Shown here piece after piece: positions 22,401 to 30,729 of a stretch of 64,000 nucleotides of DNA (positions are counted from its first letter, which is position 1; every line of letters starts with the position of its first letter). The stretch is from Sphingobacteriales bacterium (GTDB lineage: Bacteria > Bacteroidota > Bacteroidia > Sphingobacteriales > Sphingobacteriaceae), in NCBI GenBank assembly GCA_040403555.1, contig JBBAKN010000004.1, positions 173,495 to 237,494 on the forward strand, given 5' to 3'. Position numbers and translations under genes: made by a program. The notes beneath the pieces were generated by a model. That model was not told the origin of the DNA. It searched no databases and saw only the letters and a program-made list of their open reading frames with translations.

Positions 22401-25400
22401 GTATTTCGATTTAGGTAATATATCCGAAGACATATTAAAAGATGATCGCAAATCATTAGAAAATGGCTTGCCCACCGATGGAGACCCGGCCAAAACCGAT
22501 GTAACCGCTTGGGGTAGGGTGCCTAAATTACAACCCGTTATTCCAGCATTCGATAATAATCCCGCAGCTAGAAAATTACAAGATGTGGGTTTGGATGGTT
22601 TATCTGATACCCAAGAGCAACAATTTTTCAGCAGTTTTGTAAATCAAGTAAGCCCACAATTAAATGCAACGGCTGCCGCAGCTTTAGCTGCCGATCCATC
22701 ATCAGATAATTACCAATATTTTAGAGGTAATGTATTCTCTGGTTCTGCCAGTTCTATTTTAAAACGCTACGAAAAATATAACGGTACCGAGGGAAACTCC
22801 AAAACCCAAGAACAATCTTTGGCAGAAACTGGTATTGAAAATTCAGCATCTACACCATTGCCAGATGGGGAGGATGTAAATAGAGATAATAATACCTCTA
22901 AAGCCGATGAATATTTCGAGTACAAGGTTTCCATACGCCCACAAGATTTACAGCAGGTAGGCACCAATTTCATTTCAGATATTGTATCAACTAGTGTGAA
23001 GTTGGCCAATGGAAAACAAGAAACCGTACGTTGGATTCAGTTTAAAATTCCTTTGGCACAATTTCTTACCAAAGTGGGCAATATTCAAGATTTCAAATCC
23101 ATACGTTTTGTGCGTTCCTATATGACCAATTTTGCCGATACCACCATTTTGCGTTTAGCCAAACTACAGTTGGTACGTGGCGAATGGCGCCGCTACAATG
23201 CCGAAAATAATTTGGCTAAAGTAATTGCTGATCCGGCGCTCATTAACCCAGGTTTAGACAATTCTAGCTTAGAAGTAAGTGCGGTAAATATCGAAGAAAA
23301 TGGCAAACGAACCCCTATCCCGTATGTTACTCCCCCCGGTATTGTGCGTGAATTAGATTACAGCGGATATAGTGCCAATACCCGCCAAAACGAGCAATCC
23401 CTATCGGTTAGAGTAAAAAGTTTAAAAGATGGCTATGGCAGAGCGGCTTTCCGTACTTCCTTTAACGATTTTAGATCGTACCGGCGTTTGGAAATGTTCA
23501 TCCACGCCGAAAGTGCCAATCCGGTAAATCCGATTAACGATAAAGATGTGAGCGCTTTTATTCGCATAGGTAGCGATAATCAAGATAACTATTACGAATA
23601 CAGTATCCCATTAATAATTACGGCACCCAATACCAGTGATGCCAATGCTATTTGGCCTGCCGAAAACAAATTGGATGTACCGCTGAGCTTGTTTCAAATT
23701 GCCAAAACGGCCCGTAATAATGCGCAATTAAGTGGGCAGCCCTGGCCACCCAATGTGCCTTTCCAATATAGCGACGGACAAAATACCGTTACTGTAATGG
23801 GGCAACCTGATATGAGTAAGGTACGGGTGTATATGCTAGGTGTACGCAACCCATTGAAAACAATAGTAAACTCTGGCGACGATGGCTTAGATAAAAACGC
23901 AGAAGTGTGGTTTAACGAACTACGTTTAAGTGATTTTGACGAACGCGGGGGTTGGGCGGCTACCGCTAGGTTAAATGCCAAGCTAGCCGATTTTGCTGAT
24001 GTATCGGTATCGGGCAGTAGAAGCACCAACGGTTTCGGTTCCTTAGATCGTAAGGTGAGTGAACGCAACCGTAACGATCAATCTATAGTTGATGTATCAT
24101 CGAGCATAGAAGCTGGCAAACTATTCCCACAACGGTCGGGTATCAAAATCCCGATGTTTGTGAATTTCTCTCAGCAGGTAAGCACGCCCATGTTCGATCC
24201 TCGGGCACCCGATATTGAGCTTAAAAATGCTTTAAATAATTCGCCTAAATCGGTACAAAAAGATATTTTAAACGTGGTGCAAGATTTTACCACCCGTAAG
24301 AGCATCAACTTTACCAATGTGCACAAAATTAAAACCAATACAGAGAGTAAACCTAAACTATGGGATATTGAGAATTGGAGCGCCAGCTATGCCTTTACCG
24401 AATACAATCACCGCGATTTTATTAACCAGCAAAGCATTCAAAAAACCTATAAAGCAGGCTTGGCCTATACGTATTCACGGCAGGCCAAATCTATAAGTCC
24501 CTTTGCTAAAATTATAAAGAAAAACAGTTTAGCACTATTGAGAGATATTAACTTCAGCATCTTCCCGTCGGTATTAAATTTCCGTATAGATGTAGATCGG
24601 ATGTACTCGGAAAATACGCTCAGAAATAACGATCCGAACAATTTTATTCCGGTGCGCACCACCTATAACAAGAATTTTCAGATGACCCGTTTATACGGCA
24701 TCAGTTGGAATTTAACCCGTTCTCTACAGCTCGATTTTAATGCCACAAATTATTCGATTATTGATGAACCCGATGGGCGCATTAATGGCTTGAAACGAGA
24801 TACACTTTGGCAAAACCTAATGCGCTTAGGCCGCACTACCGATTATGGCCATACCGCAAACCTTACCTACAATGTACCCATTAGTAAAATCCCGGGCTTT
24901 AATTGGATAACCCTTACTACTCGGTATGGAACTACGTTTAACTGGAAAACAGAACCCTTATCAAGCATAAACGATCCTAGTATTAACTTGGGAAATAGCA
25001 TTCAAAATACCCGAATACTTCAGTTAAATCCATCCTTTAACTTTAGTTCGTTGTATAATAAAATTGGTTTTTTAAAGCGGATAAATACCGATGAAACGGC
25101 TAGCAAATTCGTGAAAGCCTTGGTACATACGCTTACTAGCCTTAAAAATATTAGCGGAGCCTATACCCGAACGCAAGGTACCTTTTTGCCCGGTTACTTG
25201 CCTAAAACTACAGCCCTTGGCCAAGATTTTTCGAGCGATGCGCCTGGTTGGGATTTTTTATTTGGTAGCCAGCGTGATATTAGACCACGAGCTATTACCG
25301 AGGGTTGGATTACGAAGGACCCACTTTTAAATCAACTCTACATAACCGGTTTAAAAGAAGATCTCAATTTTAGAGGAACCCTAGAGCCTATAAAAGATTT

Positions 25401-26463
25401 GCGAATAGAATTAACCGCACTAAAAAGCAGCAATTTCAACTATGCTACCACCTTTAAATTTGTAGCGGCAAGTAATAGTTTCGATAACCTGAACCCCATT
25501 ACTACCGGCGATTACAGCATCTCATTTTTTAGCTTTGGTACCGCCTTTAAAAAAGATAAACCAGGCAGTGCCGCTAATTTATTCCGCCAATTTGAAAGTA
25601 ACCGATCGGTTATTTCCCAACGCTTGGGCGCCTTAAATTCGAATTCATCGGGAGTAGCCAATGGCTTTTCCGATGGTTATGGTAAAGCTTCGCAAGATGT
25701 GGTAATTTCTTCTTTCTTAGCAGCCTATAGTGGCAAATCGGCTGATAAAATTAGTTTAAATACCTTCCCTAAAATCCCTATTCCGAACTGGCGAATGAAC
25801 TATAGCGGCTTAAGCAGCTTACCTTTCTTAAGCGATATTTTCGCTTCTATAGATATCAATCACGCTTATAAATCTACCTATAGCATTAATGGATTTAACT
25901 CCTTAGCCCGCTATACCGAGAGTAACGGCAAAGTGAACGTGCGTGATGTAAGCAACAACTTCTTACCTAAATATCAATTTAACCAAGTAACCTTGTTTGA
26001 GCAGTTTGTTCCGCTTTTAGGCATCGATATGCGCTTTAAAAATAATTTAAGCTCCAATTTTGAATATCGAAAATCGAGAACCATGGGCTTAAGTTTAGCG
26101 AATAGCCAGTTGGCTTTACAAACCGATGAAGCCATTGTATTTGGCTTGGGCTACAGAACCACCGATTTTAGATTCCCTTTTGGTTTATTTAAAAGCCTAA
26201 AAATGAATAATGATTTAAACTTTAAATTAGATTTTGCCATTAACGATCGTAAGACATTGATTTACCGGGCCGATGTAACCGATGCCGAAGTCTCTTCTGG
26301 AGCTAAAAATATCACTTACCGTCCATCAGTAGATTATGTATTAAACCAGCGTTTAAACTTGCGCATTTTTTACGATGGCAACATTACTAAACCCTATACT
26401 TCACAAAGCTTCAATACCTCCTTTAGTAATTTTGGTTTTACCCTCCGTTTTGCCATTCAATAA
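19405..26463 (+). CDS. sprA: Cell-surface protein SprA (type IX secretion system translocon / gliding motility)
   Basis: 2352 aa. TTG start and a signal peptide ending VFAQ. The N-terminal LRYPIKD...LSLPNPSNIKRSVVFNPLTKQYTI resembles the SprA N-terminus, and the beta-rich Asn/Ser/Thr/Tyr composition fits. Size and position downstream of ruvA fit the SprA family. Confidence 0.85.
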   Translation: MRKTTYVFLFFLSGVLFGISQQVFAQGKAPISSDSLTLRYPIKDSKSLVFGRSFGLSLPNPSNIKRSVVFNPLTKQYTIQDNIGSQFFRNPYYLSIPEYQRFENKQLLKNTWRDLADQSVSAARQPGFIPPVKINSRSFERLFGGSTIEIIPQGSAELTFAGRINKNENPLFNERQRKQGNFDFNQRIQMNLVGQVGEKLKISTNYNTEAQFDFENQVKLDYTGKEDEIVRKVEAGNVSLPLSSSLITGSQALFGLKTQLQFGKLGVTSIFSQQKSQSKEITITNGAQQNEFRLLADSYEANKHYFLSQFFRNQYNLALKKLPIISSNINITKIEVWVTNRVGTTTDSRDVLAFMDLGENSPYNQAQIQGGVAYSSYPAGFSGPGFAQQSNNLLQTLPLGARLTNSNAINVYFQANGATDNFAKLTYARKLTDKEYAISPQLGYISLNTPLNADEVLAVAYRYTVNGTEYQVGEFSADLPVNNEIPEVLYVKLLKNETLKTNLPTWDLMMKNIYSLGAYQVSSSDFRLNIFRLDEQSGVEKPQMTEGQNTNGKLWLQLTNLDNINQQNDRKPDGFFDFIQGITIDALNGRITFPTVEPFGADLAAQFTPAEAALAAKYVYQPLYDLTKADAQQLYPQLNRYILKGTYQSQVSSEFQLNAINIPEGSVQVIAGTIPLQEGVDFTIDYNIGRVRILNQALLNSGQSIRIKLENSELFGMQQRSLFGTRFDYRANKKLNLGATLLNLTERPLTPKVNIGDEPISNTIWGLDMNYQSDSRWLTRMVDKIPFISTKEKSSITFSGEFAKFIPGHPSALNFAGTKNGSSYLDDFEATRSLIDLKSAITWQISGTPQLFPESQQFNNLTYGFNRARIAFYNIDPIFYNRSGSGTPADVKLNANELSNHYSREVLEKEVFPFKDSPTGQPLFLPTLNMAFYPNERGPYNYTNAGLNGDGKLLNPKTRWGGMFRKLESNDFEALNIEFVELWMLDPFLYKPNAEGGDLYFDLGNISEDILKDDRKSLENGLPTDGDPAKTDVTAWGRVPKLQPVIPAFDNNPAARKLQDVGLDGLSDTQEQQFFSSFVNQVSPQLNATAAAALAADPSSDNYQYFRGNVFSGSASSILKRYEKYNGTEGNSKTQEQSLAETGIENSASTPLPDGEDVNRDNNTSKADEYFEYKVSIRPQDLQQVGTNFISDIVSTSVKLANGKQETVRWIQFKIPLAQFLTKVGNIQDFKSIRFVRSYMTNFADTTILRLAKLQLVRGEWRRYNAENNLAKVIADPALINPGLDNSSLEVSAVNIEENGKRTPIPYVTPPGIVRELDYSGYSANTRQNEQSLSVRVKSLKDGYGRAAFRTSFNDFRSYRRLEMFIHAESANPVNPINDKDVSAFIRIGSDNQDNYYEYSIPLIITAPNTSDANAIWPAENKLDVPLSLFQIAKTARNNAQLSGQPWPPNVPFQYSDGQNTVTVMGQPDMSKVRVYMLGVRNPLKTIVNSGDDGLDKNAEVWFNELRLSDFDERGGWAATARLNAKLADFADVSVSGSRSTNGFGSLDRKVSERNRNDQSIVDVSSSIEAGKLFPQRSGIKIPMFVNFSQQVSTPMFDPRAPDIELKNALNNSPKSVQKDILNVVQDFTTRKSINFTNVHKIKTNTESKPKLWDIENWSASYAFTEYNHRDFINQQSIQKTYKAGLAYTYSRQAKSISPFAKIIKKNSLALLRDINFSIFPSVLNFRIDVDRMYSENTLRNNDPNNFIPVRTTYNKNFQMTRLYGISWNLTRSLQLDFNATNYSIIDEPDGRINGLKRDTLWQNLMRLGRTTDYGHTANLTYNVPISKIPGFNWITLTTRYGTTFNWKTEPLSSINDPSINLGNSIQNTRILQLNPSFNFSSLYNKIGFLKRINTDETASKFVKALVHTLTSLKNISGAYTRTQGTFLPGYLPKTTALGQDFSSDAPGWDFLFGSQRDIRPRAITEGWITKDPLLNQLYITGLKEDLNFRGTLEPIKDLRIELTALKSSNFNYATTFKFVAASNSFDNLNPITTGDYSISFFSFGTAFKKDKPGSAANLFRQFESNRSVISQRLGALNSNSSGVANGFSDGYGKASQDVVISSFLAAYSGKSADKISLNTFPKIPIPNWRMNYSGLSSLPFLSDIFASIDINHAYKSTYSINGFNSLARYTESNGKVNVRDVSNNFLPKYQFNQVTLFEQFVPLLGIDMRFKNNLSSNFEYRKSRTMGLSLANSQLALQTDEAIVFGLGYRTTDFRFPFGLFKSLKMNNDLNFKLDFAINDRKTLIYRADVTDAEVSSGAKNITYRPSVDYVLNQRLNLRIFYDGNITKPYTSQSFNTSFSNFGFTLRFAIQ

Positions 26464-26501
26464 TACAGCGTTTATGTATTGATAATCTACCTCATTAACC
26501 C

Positions 26502-26509
26502 TATTTTTG
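26502..26509 (+). promoter_or_regulatory. Candidate -7 promoter box (TAttTTTG) for gcvH
   Basis: Exact TAnnTTTG match, 20 nt upstream of the ATG at 26529. Confidence 0.35.
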
Positions 26510-26528
26510 AACAAACAAAAACATAACT

Positions 26529-26909
26529 ATGAATTTCCCATCAGAACTTAAGTATACCAGCGATCACGAATGGATTAAAGTAGAAGGCAATCAAGCCTAT
26601 GTAGGCATCACCGATTTTGCCCAGCGTGAATTAGGAGATATTGTGTATATCGATATTAATTCTTTAGGCAAAACAGTAACTAAAGAAGCTGTATTTGGCA
26701 CCGTTGAGGCTGTTAAAACCGTTTCTGATTTATTTATGCCGGTTGATGCCAAGGTATTGGAGTTCAATAAAAAATTAGATACCAACCCCGAATTGGTTAA
26801 CCAAGATCCTTACGGTGATGGTTGGATGGTGAAAATTGAATTTAGTGACCTTTCTCAAATAGAGGGCTTACTTTCTGCTGCAGATTATGCTGCCTCAGTA
26901 GGTGCATAA
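26529..26909 (+). CDS. gcvH: Glycine cleavage system protein H
   Basis: 126 aa. Contains YTSDHEWIK...[15 protein letters not shown], and the lipoyl-lysine motif VEAVKTVSD. Confidence 0.95.
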   Translation: MNFPSELKYTSDHEWIKVEGNQAYVGITDFAQRELGDIVYIDINSLGKTVTKEAVFGTVEAVKTVSDLFMPVDAKVLEFNKKLDTNPELVNQDPYGDGWMVKIEFSDLSQIEGLLSAADYAASVGA

Positions 26910-26913
26910 TATC

Positions 26914-27033
26914 ATGAAAACCCGTTTTTTAGCAAGCTGTTTGGTGTTGCTAGTGCTGTTTAGCAGTTGTGGTATTTTTAAAAAATCGTGCAACTGCCCT
27001 ATGGTGAAATACCAAACACAACGTTTCAAATAG
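26914..27033 (+). CDS. Unannotated 39-aa putative lipoprotein (below the ORF-track length cutoff)
   Basis: Hand translation: ATG at 26914, TAG ending at 27033, giving MKTRFLASCLVLLVLFSSCGIFKKSCNCPMVKYQTQRFK. It has a basic n-region, a hydrophobic core and a lipobox-like LFSSC. It starts 4 nt after the gcvH stop. Confidence 0.4.
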   Translation: MKTRFLASCLVLLVLFSSCGIFKKSCNCPMVKYQTQRFK

Positions 27034-27043
27034 TACTTATTTG

Positions 27044-27060
27044 GAATCATTATAAATAAT
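27044..27060. promoter_or_regulatory. Fur-box-like AT-rich element upstream of feoAB
   Basis: gaatcattataaataat contains AATCATTAT, which is identical to 9 nt of the E. coli Fur consensus GATAATGATAATCATTATC. Two further hexamers, ATTATA and AATAAT, each match at 5 of 6 positions. Confidence 0.25.
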
Positions 27061-27062
27061 AC

Positions 27063-27070
27063 TACCTTTG
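27063..27070 (+). promoter_or_regulatory. Candidate -7 promoter box (TAccTTTG) for feoAB
   Basis: Exact TAnnTTTG match, 10 nt upstream of the GTG at 27081. This implies a very short leader. Confidence 0.3.
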
Positions 27071-27080
27071 TATCACCACC

Positions 27081-27311
27081 GTGAGAAAAACAGCTAAAAC
27101 ACTTTCGGATTTGTCTCCGGGCGAATCTGGCATTATTAAAGAGTTTACCGACTTAGAAATGTCAGTTAAACTGATGGAAATGGGCTGTTTACCCGGTGAA
27201 CCCATTTATGTAGAGCGCATTGCTCCACTAGGTGATCCGATAGCGGTAACCATCTCTGGATACCAATTAAGCCTTCGCAAACAAGAGGCTTCTACCATCA
27301 TTTTAGTTTAA
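27081..27311 (+). CDS. feoA: Ferrous iron transport protein A
   Basis: 76 aa with a GTG start. FeoA/DtxR-SH3-like sequence: LSDLSPGESGIIKEF...LMEMGCLPGEPIYV...GYQLSLRKQEA. Confidence 0.85.
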   Translation: MRKTAKTLSDLSPGESGIIKEFTDLEMSVKLMEMGCLPGEPIYVERIAPLGDPIAVTISGYQLSLRKQEASTIILV

Positions 27312-27320
27312 AAAAAACAC

Positions 27321-29438
27321 GTGAAAAAGCAATTGAAAGTGGCGCTGGTTGGTAATCCCAACACCGGAAAGTCTACACTTTTCAATCTTTTAACGGGCTT
27401 AAATCAAAAAATTGGCAATTTCCCGGGAGTTACGGTTGATAAAAAAACGGGTATTTCTAACCTTATCCCAGGTCAAGAAGCTCAACTAATAGATCTTCCA
27501 GGAGCTTATAGTTTATATCCTAAAAGTAAAGATGAGGCGATGGTATTGGAAGTATTGGCCAATACAACAAATGAATTACACCCCGATGTGGTGGTATTTA
27601 TTGCCGATGCTACTAACCTGAAACGTAACTTACTCTTATTTTCTCAAGTTGCCGATTTAAAACTGCCCACCATTATTGCTTTAAACATGATGGATTTGGC
27701 AAAACGAGGCGGCGTGCATATCCAGATTAATAAATTAGCACAAAAACTAGGTGTGCGGGTAGTCCCAATTTCGGCACGTAATGCAGAGGGTATTGAAGCT
27801 CTTAAACAAGCCATTGCCGATACATCTAGTATGGCTACCCAAACAGATGCCATTGATTTTTCTGAATTCTTAAACCCAATTGCGCTGCAAGAATTGCAAA
27901 CAGAACTGCGGCTAAAAGAACCTTATGAGGCATTATTAGTTGCGCATCAGTATGGGCAAACCACCTTTTTAAGCACCAAACAAAAAGAATACATAGCGGC
28001 GTGGGTAGTAGCAAACGGTTTTAAATCGCAAGATTTACAAGCGAAAGAAACCATTGCACGCTACAACGCCATTAACGAAGTATTATTTGATACAGTAAAA
28101 ACCGATATACAACCCTTGGGCGAAAGTTATAGCAACCGCATTGATCGGGTGCTTACCCACAAGATTTGGGGTTTGGGCATTTTCATGCTCATTCTATTTA
28201 CCATTTTTCAATCTATTTTTTCGTGGTCGGCATACCCCATGAGCCTCATAGAAGATGTTTTTGTTTGGCTAGGAAATACGGCACACCAGTTATTACCTGC
28301 GGGGCAACTCACCAATTTAGTAGTAGATGGAGTTCTCTCGGGTTTAAGCGGAGTCATGGTTTTTATCCCTCAAATAGCTATTTTATTTGCCTTTATTGCC
28401 ATTTTAGAAGATACGGGCTATATGGCCAGAGTTACGTTTATGATGGATCGCATTATGCGAAAGGTGGGCTTAAACGGGAAATCGGTGGTGCCTCTAATTG
28501 GCGGTTTGGCCTGTGCCGTTCCTTCTATTATGAGTGCTCGTAATATTGAGAATTGGAAAGACCGTATTATTACCATTTTGGTTACTCCTTTGGTAAGTTG
28601 CTCGGCACGTTTACCCATTTATACCTTACTCATTTCTTTGGTGGTGCCCGATTATCGAATTTGGGGCATTTTAAATATGCAGGGCTTGGCCTTAATGGCC
28701 ATGTATGTAATTAGTTTAGTGAGTGCGGTATTGGTGGCCTGGGTATTAAAATTTATTATTAAGGCTCGGGAGCGTAACTATTTTATTATGGAATTGCCGG
28801 TATACCGTATGCCTCGTTGGAAAAACGTGGGCTATACCATGTACGATAAAGTGAAGGCTTTTGTTTTTGAGGCTGGTAAAGTCATTGTAGCCATTTCTAT
28901 TATTTTGTGGGTGTTGGCTTCTTATGGTCCGGGGAATCGGTTTGCGGTTATTGATGAGCAATTTGCCAGTCCAAGCTACACAGAGCATTTTTCTTCACAG
29001 CAAGTAGCCAATTTAAAAGCTTCGGCCCGTTTAGAAAACTCCTATGCCGGCGTGCTGGGTAAAAGTATTGAGCCCGTGATTAAGCCCTTAGGTTTCGATT
29101 GGAAGATAGGCATTGCCCTCATTACTTCTTTTGCGGCTCGTGAGGTATTTGTAGGCACCATGGCTACCTTATATAGTGCGCAGGGCGATGGCTCTCGAAC
29201 AGAATCGGTACGGGATAGAATGGCCGAGGCCAGAAACCCCGATACGGGCGAATTGGTATTTACCCTACCGGTAGCTTTTTCTTTGATGATTTTTTATGCC
29301 TATGCTATGCAGTGCATGAGTACGCTGGTGGTGGTGTACCGCGAAACCAAAAGCTGGAAATGGCCACTCATTCAATTGGTGTACATGACAGCCATGGCTT
29401 ATGTAGCTAGCTTATTGGTGTATCAGTTTTTAAAATAA
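27321..29438 (+). CDS. feoB: Ferrous iron transporter FeoB
   Basis: 705 aa. The N-terminal G-domain has VALVGNPNTGKSTLFN, DLPGAYSL and NMMD, followed by a polytopic membrane domain. Confidence 0.95.
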   Translation: MKKQLKVALVGNPNTGKSTLFNLLTGLNQKIGNFPGVTVDKKTGISNLIPGQEAQLIDLPGAYSLYPKSKDEAMVLEVLANTTNELHPDVVVFIADATNLKRNLLLFSQVADLKLPTIIALNMMDLAKRGGVHIQINKLAQKLGVRVVPISARNAEGIEALKQAIADTSSMATQTDAIDFSEFLNPIALQELQTELRLKEPYEALLVAHQYGQTTFLSTKQKEYIAAWVVANGFKSQDLQAKETIARYNAINEVLFDTVKTDIQPLGESYSNRIDRVLTHKIWGLGIFMLILFTIFQSIFSWSAYPMSLIEDVFVWLGNTAHQLLPAGQLTNLVVDGVLSGLSGVMVFIPQIAILFAFIAILEDTGYMARVTFMMDRIMRKVGLNGKSVVPLIGGLACAVPSIMSARNIENWKDRIITILVTPLVSCSARLPIYTLLISLVVPDYRIWGILNMQGLALMAMYVISLVSAVLVAWVLKFIIKARERNYFIMELPVYRMPRWKNVGYTMYDKVKAFVFEAGKVIVAISIILWVLASYGPGNRFAVIDEQFASPSYTEHFSSQQVANLKASARLENSYAGVLGKSIEPVIKPLGFDWKIGIALITSFAAREVFVGTMATLYSAQGDGSRTESVRDRMAEARNPDTGELVFTLPVAFSLMIFYAYAMQCMSTLVVVYRETKSWKWPLIQLVYMTAMAYVASLLVYQFLK

Positions 29439-29447
29439 TGATGATAT

Positions 29448-30065
29448 TTGGAGGTGGATAGAATTCAACTTCTCGACCAATACTTGCCGCCGCAATGTGC
29501 TCCGCTTATTGCCCGCTGGATTGATCATTTTCAGTGTGAATTTAAAATATCGCGAAGCAGAGGGACCAAACTAGGCGATTACCGCCCTCCCTATGCAGGC
29601 CAAGGGCACCGCATTTCTATCAATTACGATTTAAATCCCTATTCTTTTTTGGTAACTAGCGTGCATGAGTTTGCACATCTGCTTACTTGGAACGAGCATA
29701 AACGCAAGGCCAAGCCTCATGGTGCTGAGTGGAAGGCCAATTTTAAACGCATGATGCGTCCTTTTTTCGAAAAGGAAGTATTCCCGACGGATATTCAGCG
29801 TGCCATTGTGCAGTATTTGGAAAATCCGGCTGCGGCTAGTTGTAGTGATTTGCGTTTATCTCGGGCATTAAAAGCCTACGATGCCAGTCCCGATCATCTG
29901 TGTTTGTTAGAAACCCTCCCTATGGGTTCTTTGTTTAAGTGGAAACAGAATAGGGTGTTTAAGAAAGAGGCAAAAATTCGTAAGCGTTTCCGTTGTTTGG
30001 AGCCTGCTACCGGCAAGGTGTATTTGTTTAATGCGCTGGTAGAGGTGGAGGAGATAGAGGGCTAG
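29448..30065 (+). CDS. SprT-like zinc metalloprotease-domain protein
   Basis: 205 aa. The HExxH motif lies within SVHEFAHLLTW, followed by KPHGAEWK. TTG start, 9 nt after the feoB stop. Confidence 0.6.
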   Translation: MEVDRIQLLDQYLPPQCAPLIARWIDHFQCEFKISRSRGTKLGDYRPPYAGQGHRISINYDLNPYSFLVTSVHEFAHLLTWNEHKRKAKPHGAEWKANFKRMMRPFFEKEVFPTDIQRAIVQYLENPAAASCSDLRLSRALKAYDASPDHLCLLETLPMGSLFKWKQNRVFKKEAKIRKRFRCLEPATGKVYLFNALVEVEEIEG

Positions 30066-30080
30066 TTCTTTTATTTTTTT

Positions 30081-30219
30081 GCTTGATCAAAAAGGCAGGA
30101 AAGCCAAACTGAATTGGCGCACTGTTTTTATACTTTTTCCTTGATGAAAAAGTATGCAAAAAATCAAGGCAGAACGATGCTTCTGCCCACGGGCCTTTTC
30201 GCTGGCCCGCCGTTCTGCC
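30081..30219. repeat. Intergenic element built from nested and alternative inverted repeats, plus an internal 13-nt direct repeat
   Basis: Inverted repeats: tacttttt (30131-38) with aaaaagta (30147-54); ccttgat (30139-45) with atcaagg (30163-69); ggcagaacg (30168-76) with cgttctgcc (30211-19), which encloses cgggcc (30190-95) with ggcccg (30204-09). Direct repeat: cttgatcaaaaag (30082-94) versus cttgatgaaaaag (30140-52). Confidence 0.6.
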
Positions 30220-30231
30220 GGGCTTAGCTTT

Positions 30232-30645
30232 TTAGTAAATCGGTTCCCAAAGTTCTATTTTGTTGCCCTCGGGGTCTAGAATGTGTACAAATTTCCCGTA
30301 GTCGTAGGTGGTAATGTCATCTAGAACGGGTATGCCGTTTTCTTTGAGTTTGTTTACCAGAGCTTCTATATTTTGCACGGTATAATTAATCATAAACTCT
30401 TTTTTGGAGGGAGCAAAGTAGGTACTTCCTTTTTTAAAGGGGCTCCATTGCAAGGAGTTAACCTCTTCGGGTTTGTTTTTGTTTCTAGTCTGAAAGGTAG
30501 AACCCCATTCGTTGGTTTCTAGGCCTAAATTTTTGGCATACCAGGCATTGGTTTCTTTGGGGTTTTCGGTAAAAAAGAAGATACCGCCAATGCCGGTCAC
30601 TTTTGGGGTGATATCTAGTGGCTGTTTTGTTTTGGGTTTTTTCAT
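30232..30645 (-). CDS. VOC (glyoxalase/bleomycin-resistance fold) family protein
   Basis: 137 aa. Contains GIGGIFFFTENPKETNAWYAKNLGL and FVHILDPEGNKIELWEP. Confidence 0.7.
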   Translation of the reverse strand: MKKPKTKQPLDITPKVTGIGGIFFFTENPKETNAWYAKNLGLETNEWGSTFQTRNKNKPEEVNSLQWSPFKKGSTYFAPSKKEFMINYTVQNIEALVNKLKENGIPVLDDITTYDYGKFVHILDPEGNKIELWEPIY

Positions 30646-30729
30646 GCAGAATTTGAAGCAAAGTGTTTATGCCTCACTAACGCAGAAACTCAAAAATTTA
30701 GTATCGAAGGGGCTGCTGCTTTAGAGAAA

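Noticed and set aside
19405-26463. The giant 2352-aa ORF as a candidate novel system
   Set aside because: It matches the known SprA/T9SS translocon family in size, N-terminal motifs and ruvA-adjacent position. It is large but not novel.
28166-28543. 125-aa same-strand alternative-frame ORF inside feoB
   Set aside because: It overlaps the well-supported FeoB membrane domain. The product is His/Arg/Tyr/Cys-rich with a low-complexity look and has no independent start signals.
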